Shown here piece by piece: positions 30,434-38,396 of a stretch of DNA of 64,000 bases. Made by a program: the position numbers and the translations under genes. Every line of letters begins with the position of its first letter. Positions within the stretch are counted from its first letter, which is position 1. Source of the DNA: Actinomycetes bacterium (GTDB taxonomy: Bacteria > Actinomycetota > UBA4738 > HRBIN12); contig JANPEZ010000113.1 in assembly GCA_031423155.1 (NCBI GenBank), forward strand, positions 814-64,813, read 5' to 3'. The notes below the pieces were generated by a model. It was given only the letters and a program-made list of their open reading frames with translations. It made no database searches and was not told the DNA's origin.

Positions 30434-31468
30434 TCAGCGACCGGCGAGCTCCTTGCGGACCGTGGGCGCGACCTCGGTGCCGAGCAGCTCGATCGAACGC
30501 ATGATCTTCTCGTGCGGCATCGATCCCACCGTGAACTGCACCAGGAAGCGATCGTGCTTGAAGATCTCGTGCTGGAAGAGGATCTTCTCGATCACCTCCT
30601 GCGGGCTTCCGACGAAGTTGGAACCGCGAAGCGTCGCGGCGCCCTCGTAGTGCTCCTTCGTCATCGGCTGCCAGCCTCTCTCGCGGCCGATCTTGTTCAT
30701 CATCGAAGCGGCGTACGGGAACGAGTCGTCGATCGCCTCCTGCGAGGTCTTGGCGATATAGCCGTGCGAGTTGATGCTGACCGCCGGAAGAGGGTCGTGA
30801 CCCGCTCGGCCCGCCGCCTCGCGGAACAGCTCGATGAAGGGGGCGAACCGCTCGGGCATGCCGCCGATGATCGCGAGCGCCATCGGCAGGCCGAGCGTCC
30901 CGGCTCGGAACGCCGACTCCGGCGCCCCGCCCACCGCTACCCAGATGGGCAGCGGATCCTGCATCGGGCGCGGGTAGACACCCTCTCCGTGCAGTGCCGG
31001 GCGGAAGCGGCCAGACCACTCCACGTCCTCGGCCTCACGCAGGCGGATCAGCAACCGTAGCTTCTCGTCGAACAGGTCGTCGTAGTCGTCAAGGTCGTAT
31101 CCGAACAAGGGGAACGATTCGGTGAACGAGCCTCGGCCGGCCATGATCTCGGCCCGCCCGTTCGACAGTAGATCCAAAGTTGCGAAATCCTGGAACACGC
31201 GGACAGGATCGTCGGAGCTGATCACCGAGACCGCGCTGGTGAGCCGCAGCTGCTGGGTCCGCTGCGCGACCGCCGCGAGCACCACGGCCGGCGAGGACAC
31301 GATCAGGTCCTCGCGGTGATGCTCCCCCACCCCGAAGACGTCGAGTCCCACCTCGTCGGCGAGCTGAGCCTCCTCGAGCAGGTCGAGCATCCGCCGCTGC
31401 GGACTGATGATGTGCCCGTCGAGCGGGTCCTCCTGCAACTCGGCGAACGTGTAGATCCCGATCTCCAT
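30434..31468 (-). CDS. LLM class flavin-dependent oxidoreductase (luciferase-like)
   Basis: [52 protein letters not shown] and PIWVAVGG. Start at ATG 31468. Confidence 0.92.
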   Translation of the reverse strand: MEIGIYTFAELQEDPLDGHIISPQRRMLDLLEEAQLADEVGLDVFGVGEHHREDLIVSSPAVVLAAVAQRTQQLRLTSAVSVISSDDPVRVFQDFATLDLLSNGRAEIMAGRGSFTESFPLFGYDLDDYDDLFDEKLRLLIRLREAEDVEWSGRFRPALHGEGVYPRPMQDPLPIWVAVGGAPESAFRAGTLGLPMALAIIGGMPERFAPFIELFREAAGRAGHDPLPAVSINSHGYIAKTSQEAIDDSFPYAASMMNKIGRERGWQPMTKEHYEGAATLRGSNFVGSPQEVIEKILFQHEIFKHDRFLVQFTVGSMPHEKIMRSIELLGTEVAPTVRKELAGR

Positions 31469-31563
31469 GGCGGCAAGAACCCTACAGACACTCCGCTTGT
31501 TCCCGCGTGCTATCTTCAAGCCCTCGCCACGGATCGCGTGGCCCGACCCAGGAGGTGGGATCG

Positions 31564-31626
31564 ATGACTGCTACGACGGTGGTTGTCGCGTCGCGCCCTC
31601 GCTGCGGTCGTTACAGCTTCTCCTGA
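31564..31626 (+). CDS. Putative 20-aa leader peptide [20 protein letters not shown]
   Basis: AGGAGGT SD at 31550-31556, 7 nt before the ATG; stops 59 nt upstream of the RNHCP gene. Confidence 0.55.
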   Translation: MTATTVVVASRPRCGRYSFS

Positions 31627-31637
31627 TCGACTCCTGA

Positions 31638-31679
31638 TCCATGGGCACGACGGCGTATCCCACCGTGTTCCATGGAGGT
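31638..31679 (+). promoter_or_regulatory. SD-sequestering hairpin (translational attenuator) for the RNHCP gene
   Basis: TCCATGG-GCACG (31638-31649) pairs with CGTGT-T-CCATGGA (31664-31676), covering GGA of the GGAGGT SD (31674-31679). Confidence 0.5.
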
Positions 31680-31685
31680 CATCCT

Positions 31686-32057
31686 TTGTCACGCGACCAA
31701 CGCCGCGGCGAGCGGCACAACCGAACATCGTTCCGCTGCGGCAACTGCCATCTCGAGGTGCCGTATCAGGCGATCGGCACCGCTCACCGCAATCACTGTC
31801 CGAACTGCCTGTGGAGCCGTCACGTGGATGAGGACCACCCCGGAGATCGAGACTCCGATTGCGGCTCTCTCATGGAGCCCATCGCCATCACCGTTCGAGG
31901 CGACGGTGAGTGGGTTCTGGTTCACAGGTGCGGCGGATGCGACGAACTGCGCCTGAACCGCGCAGCGGGCGACGATAACCCGCTGATGCTGTTGCGCCTG
32001 GCCGTGAAACCCCTCGCCCAGCCGCCCTTCCCGATCGAGCGGATCGGGCTGATCTAG
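31686..32057 (+). CDS. RNHCP domain-containing protein
   Basis: FRCGNC...HRNHCPNCLWSRHVD..PGDR..DCGSLMEP and HRCGGC. Start placed at TTG 31686, 6 nt after GGAGGT. Confidence 0.92.
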   Translation: MSRDQRRGERHNRTSFRCGNCHLEVPYQAIGTAHRNHCPNCLWSRHVDEDHPGDRDSDCGSLMEPIAITVRGDGEWVLVHRCGGCDELRLNRAAGDDNPLMLLRLAVKPLAQPPFPIERIGLI

Positions 32058-32085
32058 GCCGGCCTGCTCGGCTAGACTGCCCCCC

Positions 32086-32535
32086 ATGCCGCGGATCGCC
32101 GCGACGTCCCCCCGTCGCCTAATCGTGCTTCTCCTCATGATGCTCGCACTCTTAGCTGCTGCAGCCCCGGCCTCGGCGGGGGGCTTGCGGGGCAAGATGC
32201 TTCGCCTGATCAACGACGAGCGCCGCTCGCACGGAGTGGGCGCCCTCGTCCTGGACCTTCCCGCGTCGCGGATGGCAGGTCGCCATAGCCAGCGGATGAG
32301 CGAGCGGAACCTGCTCTTCCATACGCCCAACCTCGACGTGAAGCTCGCCGATCGGCACTGGAGGGTGCTCGGCGAGAACATCGCCTTCGGCTCGAGGGTT
32401 CGCGGCATCGTCCGGATGTGGATGGCGAGCACCGAGCACCGCGCGAACATCCTGAAGGCCGGCTACCGAAGGATCGGTATCGGGCTCTACCGGGGTCGCG
32501 GACATCTCTGGGCCACCACGTACTTCTGGGGCTGA
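32086..32535 (+). CDS. Secreted CAP (SCP-like) domain protein
   Basis: Signal peptide, LINDERRSHG, HSQRM, GENIA and WMASTEHRANIL; leaderless TAGACT-N7-ATG. Confidence 0.88.
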   Translation: MPRIAATSPRRLIVLLLMMLALLAAAAPASAGGLRGKMLRLINDERRSHGVGALVLDLPASRMAGRHSQRMSERNLLFHTPNLDVKLADRHWRVLGENIAFGSRVRGIVRMWMASTEHRANILKAGYRRIGIGLYRGRGHLWATTYFWG

Positions 32536-32585
32536 CCGCCGCGTAGGCGAAGAGCGTGTCCCCGCCGCGTCATAGACTCCGGCGG

Positions 32586-32846
32586 ATGGCGACGATAACG
32601 CTGCGAGCTCCGCTGAAGGACCTGGCCGGGGGTTCCTCCGAGATACAGGTTCCGGGCACCACCGTGGGAGAGGCCCTTCGAGCGCTGGAGGACGGCCACA
32701 CCAAGCTGACGGGATGGATCTTGGATGAACGTGGCCGGATCCGCCGGCACGTGAACGTCTTCGTAAACGGAGAAAAGGCCGGGGAGGACGTGGTTCTCGC
32801 CCCGGGCGACCGAATGCACGTCCTTCCCTCGATCTCAGGAGGCTGA
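32586..32846 (+). CDS. MoaD/ThiS family ubiquitin-like protein
   Basis: RRHVNVFVNGE and C-terminal LPSISGG. Confidence 0.9.
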   Translation: MATITLRAPLKDLAGGSSEIQVPGTTVGEALRALEDGHTKLTGWILDERGRIRRHVNVFVNGEKAGEDVVLAPGDRMHVLPSISGG

Positions 32847-32852
32847 AGCGAG

Positions 32853-33923
32853 ATGACCGAACTGCTCGTCGGAACCAGGAAAGGTCTGTTCGTCTTGCGG
32901 GGGGATATCGGCGAGCCGTTCGAGGTCGCCACTCGCGCCTTCCCCGGCGAGATCGTCGAGTTCGCAACTCGCGATGCCCGTACCGGTCGCACTTTCGCAT
33001 CGGTCACTCACGGTCAGTTCGGCCCGCGGCTGATGTTCACCGACGATCCGGTCGGCGGCGAGTGGCAACAGGCCGAAGGCCCGGTCTTCCCCGCAGACAC
33101 CGACACCGCCGTCGAACGGATCTGGATCGTCCAGCCCGGCGAAGCAGAGGGCGTGCTCTACGCGGGGGTCGCTCCCGCCGCGCTGTTCGTATCCACCGAC
33201 GACGGCCAGACCTGGGCGCTTAACCGCGGACTTTGGGACGCGCCAACCCGCCCGGAGTGGAACCCCGGCGCTGGGGGCCTTGCGCTGCACTCCATATGTC
33301 CCTGGCCCGGCGATCCCGAGAAGCTCGCGATCGGCATCAGCGCCGCGGGCGTCTGGATCACCGAAGACGCCGGCCAGACGTGGCGAACCGGCTACACGGG
33401 ACTGGAAGCGGGCTACTTGCCCGAAGATCAGCGCGAGAACACTCACGCGCTCTGCGTTCACAACATGCACCGGGCTCCTCGCAGGCCCGAGCGGCTATTC
33501 ATGCAGTTCCACGGAAGCGTCTACCGCTCCGACGACGCGGCCGAAACCTGGAGCGACGTCACGGCCGGTCTACCCTCCGGCTTCGGGTTCCCCCTCACGA
33601 TCGACCCGGCGGATCCGGACAACGCCTACGTGATCCCAATGATAGGAGCCGAGGACCGGGTCACGCCGCAGGGACAGGTCCGCGTCTTCGCGACGCGTGA
33701 CGGCGGAACTTCCTGGTCCTCAGCCTCCGAGGGCCTGCCTCAACGCGATGCCTGGCTGACGATCCTTCGCCAGGCCTTCGGTTCGCAGAGCGAGGGCCCC
33801 GGGCAGAGCCTGGCGTTCGGCGCAACGTCAGGTGCCGTCTACGCCTCCAAGGACGCCGGCTCGACCTGGTCCGTCGCGGCCGAGCGACTTGCGCCGGTCA
33901 CTTCCGTCCGTTTCCCATGCTAG
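32853..33923 (+). CDS. BNR/Asp-box beta-propeller protein (WD40/YVTN/BNR-like)
   Basis: Repeated S/T-x-D-x-G-x-T/S-W boxes: STDDGQTW, TEDAGQTW, SDDAAETW, TRDGGTSW, SKDAGSTW. No signal peptide. Confidence 0.85.
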   Translation: MTELLVGTRKGLFVLRGDIGEPFEVATRAFPGEIVEFATRDARTGRTFASVTHGQFGPRLMFTDDPVGGEWQQAEGPVFPADTDTAVERIWIVQPGEAEGVLYAGVAPAALFVSTDDGQTWALNRGLWDAPTRPEWNPGAGGLALHSICPWPGDPEKLAIGISAAGVWITEDAGQTWRTGYTGLEAGYLPEDQRENTHALCVHNMHRAPRRPERLFMQFHGSVYRSDDAAETWSDVTAGLPSGFGFPLTIDPADPDNAYVIPMIGAEDRVTPQGQVRVFATRDGGTSWSSASEGLPQRDAWLTILRQAFGSQSEGPGQSLAFGATSGAVYASKDAGSTWSVAAERLAPVTSVRFPC

Positions 33924-33996
33924 GCAGCCTTTCGGCCCCTTGACCCTAGGCACAACGACCAGGCAGACTGCCCAGACCGTTTCGGGACGGGAGACC

Positions 33997-36723
33997 ATGT
34001 TGCGCGCCCGCAATATCAAGCTGACTTTGGCAGCGCTTGCGCTGCTTCTTCCGTCGACCCTTGAGCTCGTGCCTGCTAGCGCTCAGGCAGCTCCCAGCCC
34101 GAACATCCTGCTTCTGATCAGCGACGACCAGGCCTGGTCAACCATGAGCCGAACGCTCATGCCGAGCGTCTACTCCCAGCTCGTCGATCAAGGCGTGCTC
34201 TTCAACCGTGCGTATGTCAACTCTTCGCTGTGCTGCCCGTCGCGCTCGCAGGTGTTCACCGGTCTCTACGAGCACCACACGGGCGTCGACGAGAACGCGG
34301 AGCAGCTCCTGCGCCCTACGCTGCCTATGGCCCTTCACGACCAGGGGTACCGGACGATACTCGCGGGTAAGTACCTGAACAGCTGGGGGTGCGATCCGAG
34401 ACCTGAGTTCGACCGCTGGGCGTGCGTCGGATCGCCGCCCGGCAACTACTCGCTGACCGACCCCAAGATCAACGACGACGGCGTCTGGGCTCAACACAAC
34501 GGCTTTCAGACGGACCTGCTCGCATCCAGAGTCACCGACTTCATCTCATCGACCCCCGCCGACCAGCCGTTCTTCGCCATCTACTCGCCGACGACGCCAC
34601 ACATGCCGGCCGACGACTACAGGTACAACTCGATGAGCATCCCGGCACTGCGGGGGCCTTCATACGACCAGGAGACCCGCACGGCCGAGACACCCATGTA
34701 CCTTCGCCGCCAGCCGATGTCCGACACGATGAAGGGCGACATGGACGCCCAGTACAGGTCGATGTCCCGCGCCGTCCGCTCCCTCGACGACAGCGTCTCA
34801 GACATCCTGGGGTCCCTGGGCAGCCGCGCGGACGACACCCTCGTCATCTACGTCTCCGACAACGGCTATATGTACGGCCAGCATCGGCGGGTCAAGAAGA
34901 CATGCCTCTACGAGGAGTGCGTCGATGTTCCGATGGTGATCCGCTACCCGGCGATACGCCCGACCAACCAGCCTCTGGAGACGGAGGCGCTGGCCCAGAA
35001 CGTGGATATCGCTCCCACCATCGCCGAACTGACCGGCATCCCCTGGGGAGCGGACGGCGTCTCGCTCACACCGATCCTGAACGGATCGTCTCCGAGCGTG
35101 CGGGACTCGGTGCTCATCCAGCGGTGCGAGGGAGCTACCGGATTCGCCAGACCCTGTTCGGGTATGGGGTTCGTCAGCGGCCAGACGTCGACACCATCGG
35201 CCCACGGCATCGTGACGGACGGTGCGAAATACATCAGATACGTGACGGGCGAAGCGCAACTTTTCGACCTGAGCGCCGATCCCAAAGAGCTCGTCAACCT
35301 TGCTGGAACCCCGGGCGCCGCGGGGCTTGAATCGTCGCTGTCCTCGCAGCTCGACGCCCTCATCGCCCCTCCGACCATCGAAACCACGATAGTGACCGGT
35401 CCGATGGGGTCGCTAGATACACGGGCGGCCGAGTTCACATACTTCTCGCAGTCTCGGTTCGCGACGCACACGTGTCGTCTGACCCAAGACAGCGTTCCGG
35501 GGGACTGGATCCCTTGCAACGGAGGCAGGATCGTCCAAGGAGCCTTTGAAGACGGCGATTACGTCTTCGAGGTCGCCGGCACCGACGAGTTCGGATCCAC
35601 CGATGCCACTCCCGCCTCGCGTTCGTTCTCGGTGCACGCGTCCGGCCCGGACGTGACCATCTCTTCTGGGCCTTCGGGTCCTCAGGTCGAGACATCGGCT
35701 TCGTTCTCCTTCTCGAGCTCAGTTACCGACGCGACCTTCGAGTGCCGGCTGGGCCTGCTGGGAACCGATACGGCCTGGTCCGCATGCGACCCGCTCGCGG
35801 GGGCTTCCTACTCGGACCTTGCCCAAGGGGACTGGCTCTTCGAGGTTCGCGCAACCGATCCGTTCACGTTTGAAGTGAGCGCACCACCGGCGGCACGGCT
35901 CTTCACGGTGGACAAAAGGGGTGCAACGGTCAGCCTGACGGCCCGTGCTGCGACGTTCACTTCATCTGACTCGGCAACCTTCAGGTTCATCCCGAACGAG
36001 CGGCTCATGCCGGGAAGGCCGATCAAGTGCAAGCTCGACGCCGAGGTGGCGGTGGTCTGCAACACAGGTGAGTTCTCGGCGGCGGGGCTCTCCTCGAAGG
36101 AACACATCCTGGTCGTGACTGCCACGGACGTCATCGGAACGAAGGGTAAGACGACCTTCAGATGGACGGTCGACACCACCGCACCCGTCGCGGGCATCAC
36201 GGGAGGACCCGATGCGGCAACGACCGAGCGTGTGGCCTCGTTCTACCTGCAGTCCAGCGAGTGGCTCGGCGGCCTCCAGTGCGCGGTGGACGGCGGCCTG
36301 CCGATCCCCTGCCAGGCCTCGACTTCGACCGAACCGCTGCCCGACGGGGAGCACACGTTCCAGGTCTGGGCGATAGACAAGGCCCTCAACGTCAGCGCTC
36401 CCGCCGAGTTCACGTGGACGATCGACAGAGCGAAGCCGTCGATGACCATCACCAGCATCATCACGAACGGCTCCACGACGGAGTCGACGGACGCCACGTT
36501 CGAGCTCTCCTCCGACGAGCCGGTAACTTTCCAGTGCTCACTCGATTCGGCTGCCTTCACGCCCTGCGATCCGTTGGTCGAGTACTTCGGCCTGCTCGAG
36601 GGCACGCACACGTTCCAGGTGTTCGCCACCGACATCGTCGGGAACGTCTCGCCGACCAGAAGCCGGACCTGGACGATCGTCCCACCCTCGCCTCCGGGGG
36701 GATTCCCTTCGCCGGGGGGCTAG
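33997..36723 (+). CDS. Secreted Cys-type sulfatase with five C-terminal Ig-like repeats
   Basis: Signal peptide, PNILLLISDDQ, LCCPSRSQVFTG (CxPxR), GKYLN, SDNGY..GQH; repeats each carrying a C-x-(L/V)...C pair and a G.(H/Y).F.V.A.D-like motif. Confidence 0.9.
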   Translation: MLRARNIKLTLAALALLLPSTLELVPASAQAAPSPNILLLISDDQAWSTMSRTLMPSVYSQLVDQGVLFNRAYVNSSLCCPSRSQVFTGLYEHHTGVDENAEQLLRPTLPMALHDQGYRTILAGKYLNSWGCDPRPEFDRWACVGSPPGNYSLTDPKINDDGVWAQHNGFQTDLLASRVTDFISSTPADQPFFAIYSPTTPHMPADDYRYNSMSIPALRGPSYDQETRTAETPMYLRRQPMSDTMKGDMDAQYRSMSRAVRSLDDSVSDILGSLGSRADDTLVIYVSDNGYMYGQHRRVKKTCLYEECVDVPMVIRYPAIRPTNQPLETEALAQNVDIAPTIAELTGIPWGADGVSLTPILNGSSPSVRDSVLIQRCEGATGFARPCSGMGFVSGQTSTPSAHGIVTDGAKYIRYVTGEAQLFDLSADPKELVNLAGTPGAAGLESSLSSQLDALIAPPTIETTIVTGPMGSLDTRAAEFTYFSQSRFATHTCRLTQDSVPGDWIPCNGGRIVQGAFEDGDYVFEVAGTDEFGSTDATPASRSFSVHASGPDVTISSGPSGPQVETSASFSFSSSVTDATFECRLGLLGTDTAWSACDPLAGASYSDLAQGDWLFEVRATDPFTFEVSAPPAARLFTVDKRGATVSLTARAATFTSSDSATFRFIPNERLMPGRPIKCKLDAEVAVVCNTGEFSAAGLSSKEHILVVTATDVIGTKGKTTFRWTVDTTAPVAGITGGPDAATTERVASFYLQSSEWLGGLQCAVDGGLPIPCQASTSTEPLPDGEHTFQVWAIDKALNVSAPAEFTWTIDRAKPSMTITSIITNGSTTESTDATFELSSDEPVTFQCSLDSAAFTPCDPLVEYFGLLEGTHTFQVFATDIVGNVSPTRSRTWTIVPPSPPGGFPSPGG

Positions 36724-36739
36724 GGCTAGACTCGACGTC

Positions 36740-37207
36740 ATGCAGCGCCGACTTCGTTCGGTGATCGCGATCTTCGCGCTTGCCGGGTCCATGGCTCCGA
36801 GCCTGGTTAACGCCGACGTCGCCACGCGGGGCACGCCGGTCATACGGCGCGCCACCACCATCGCGCTGCTGGACGCGATCAACGCCAAGAGGATCGCCCG
36901 CGGCAGAACTGCTCTGCGCGAGGTAGCCGGCATCTCAGATATCGCGCAGAGCAACTCGGAGGTCATGGCCGCCGCAGGAACACCGTCGCACACGCCGAAC
37001 CTTCCTCGGAAACTCAGGCCTTGGCGGCACACCATCTACGGAGAGAACGTCGCCGGTGGTGGATCCATCAACGCCATCATGTCCACGTGGATGGATTCGG
37101 ACCAGCACAGGGCGAACATCCTCAAGCGTGGTTTCAGGCGATGCGGGGTCGGTCTCGTGGAGGACGCCGACGGCACGCTTTGGGCGACCGTGATCTTCAT
37201 CGACTGA
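36740..37207 (+). CDS. Second secreted CAP (SCP-like) domain protein
   Basis: AINAKR, GENVA and WMDSDQHRANIL; leaderless TAGACT-N7-ATG. Confidence 0.88.
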   Translation: MQRRLRSVIAIFALAGSMAPSLVNADVATRGTPVIRRATTIALLDAINAKRIARGRTALREVAGISDIAQSNSEVMAAAGTPSHTPNLPRKLRPWRHTIYGENVAGGGSINAIMSTWMDSDQHRANILKRGFRRCGVGLVEDADGTLWATVIFID

Positions 37208-38285
37208 CCGCCTTCGGCGGAAGAAGGACCAAGATCGCCACCGGGGCCGCGAGCAGCGCCCACATCGCTTCGGCCAGACCGAATCGCTGGGCGGCGGCGC
37301 CCAGGCCGAGCGGGAGCAGCCGCCCGACCAGCCCGGTCGCGCTGGCGAGTGAGGTTGCTACCCCGCTCGAACCATGCATCTCGTCGAACAGCCTGGCCTT
37401 AGGGATGGCGTACCAGCCCGCGTGCGCTACTCCTATCGCGGCGATCGCGATGAGCTTGGGGCCAGTATCAGGCAGGAGCAGGAACGCCGGGTAGATGACG
37501 AGCATCGCGGCGGCACTTCCCCTCAGCCACGCGAGCCCGTCGACGCGGCGCAGGACTCGCACCAGGAGCAGATCGCCGGCGAGACCTGCGGCGCTAAGAA
37601 CCGCGATGGCCAGTCCCGCACTCAGAGGCGAGGCCCCGGCCACATCGACGAAGTACAGAGCCGCGAACCCCAGGAAGACGTCGCCGAGAAGATCGGTTAG
37701 CTCAAGGAGTACGAGCCAGCGGACGACCGCGAAGGATCGCAGCCCCGCCCATGCTCTTCTGGCCGACGAGCCGAGGTCTTCGTGAGTTGCATCCGGGATC
37801 GATACCCGAGTCACGGCCACGACTACCGGAACGCTCACTCCGGCGGCGGCGATCAATGCCCCTCGCCATCCGATACCCGTGCGGACCGCGGCGGCAAGGA
37901 GCAAAGGACCCGCGACCACGCCCACCGATCCAACGGCGACCCACCTGGCCATCGCGTGATCGCGCCGTTCGTGAGAGCCATCCATCAACGTCGCCTGAAC
38001 GGGATTCACGTAGGCCCCCGAAGCGAGCGACAGCACGGTCGAGGCCAAGAACAGCCCCGCGAACCCCCCGGCGGACGCGCTCCAGATCAGTGAAGCGACG
38101 AAGCAGGCACCACCGCTGACGAGGATCCGGCGCCGGTGCCCGGTGTCGGCCAGCAGCCCCAGCAGCGGCTCGACGGCCGACCCGACCATCCCCGGAACGG
38201 CCAGAAGCAGACCGATCGAGAGGTAGTCGAGCCCGAGGTCAAGGCGGATCAGCGGCCAGGCCGCCTCGCGGACACCGAAGACCAA
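37197..38285 (-). CDS. MFS transporter (true N-terminus appears to extend upstream, see findings)
   Basis: About 11-12 hydrophobic segments; GLLADTGHRRRIL loop motif. The frame continues upstream as RRSTSFGAFAALLAVEFCDEL with no start codon. Confidence 0.85.
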   Translation of the reverse strand: MVFGVREAAWPLIRLDLGLDYLSIGLLLAVPGMVGSAVEPLLGLLADTGHRRRILVSGGACFVASLIWSASAGGFAGLFLASTVLSLASGAYVNPVQATLMDGSHERRDHAMARWVAVGSVGVVAGPLLLAAAVRTGIGWRGALIAAAGVSVPVVVAVTRVSIPDATHEDLGSSARRAWAGLRSFAVVRWLVLLELTDLLGDVFLGFAALYFVDVAGASPLSAGLAIAVLSAAGLAGDLLLVRVLRRVDGLAWLRGSAAAMLVIYPAFLLLPDTGPKLIAIAAIGVAHAGWYAIPKARLFDEMHGSSGVATSLASATGLVGRLLPLGLGAAAQRFGLAEAMWALLAAPVAILVLLPPKAVSR

Positions 38286-38345
38286 CTCGTCGCAGAACTC
38301 GACAGCAAGGAGTGCCGCGAACGCTCCGAAAGAAGTGGAACGGCG

Positions 38346-38372
38346 TCAGCGGAAAGGAGGGTGAACCCGCAT
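38346..38372 (-). CDS. Putative leaderless 8-aa uORF MRVHPPFR, in frame with the MFS gene
   Basis: TAACAT (38385-38380), 7 nt, ATG 38372, then TGA 38348-38346. Confidence 0.45.
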   Translation of the reverse strand: MRVHPPFR

Positions 38373-38396
38373 GTCGGCGATGTTACACCCGAAAGG

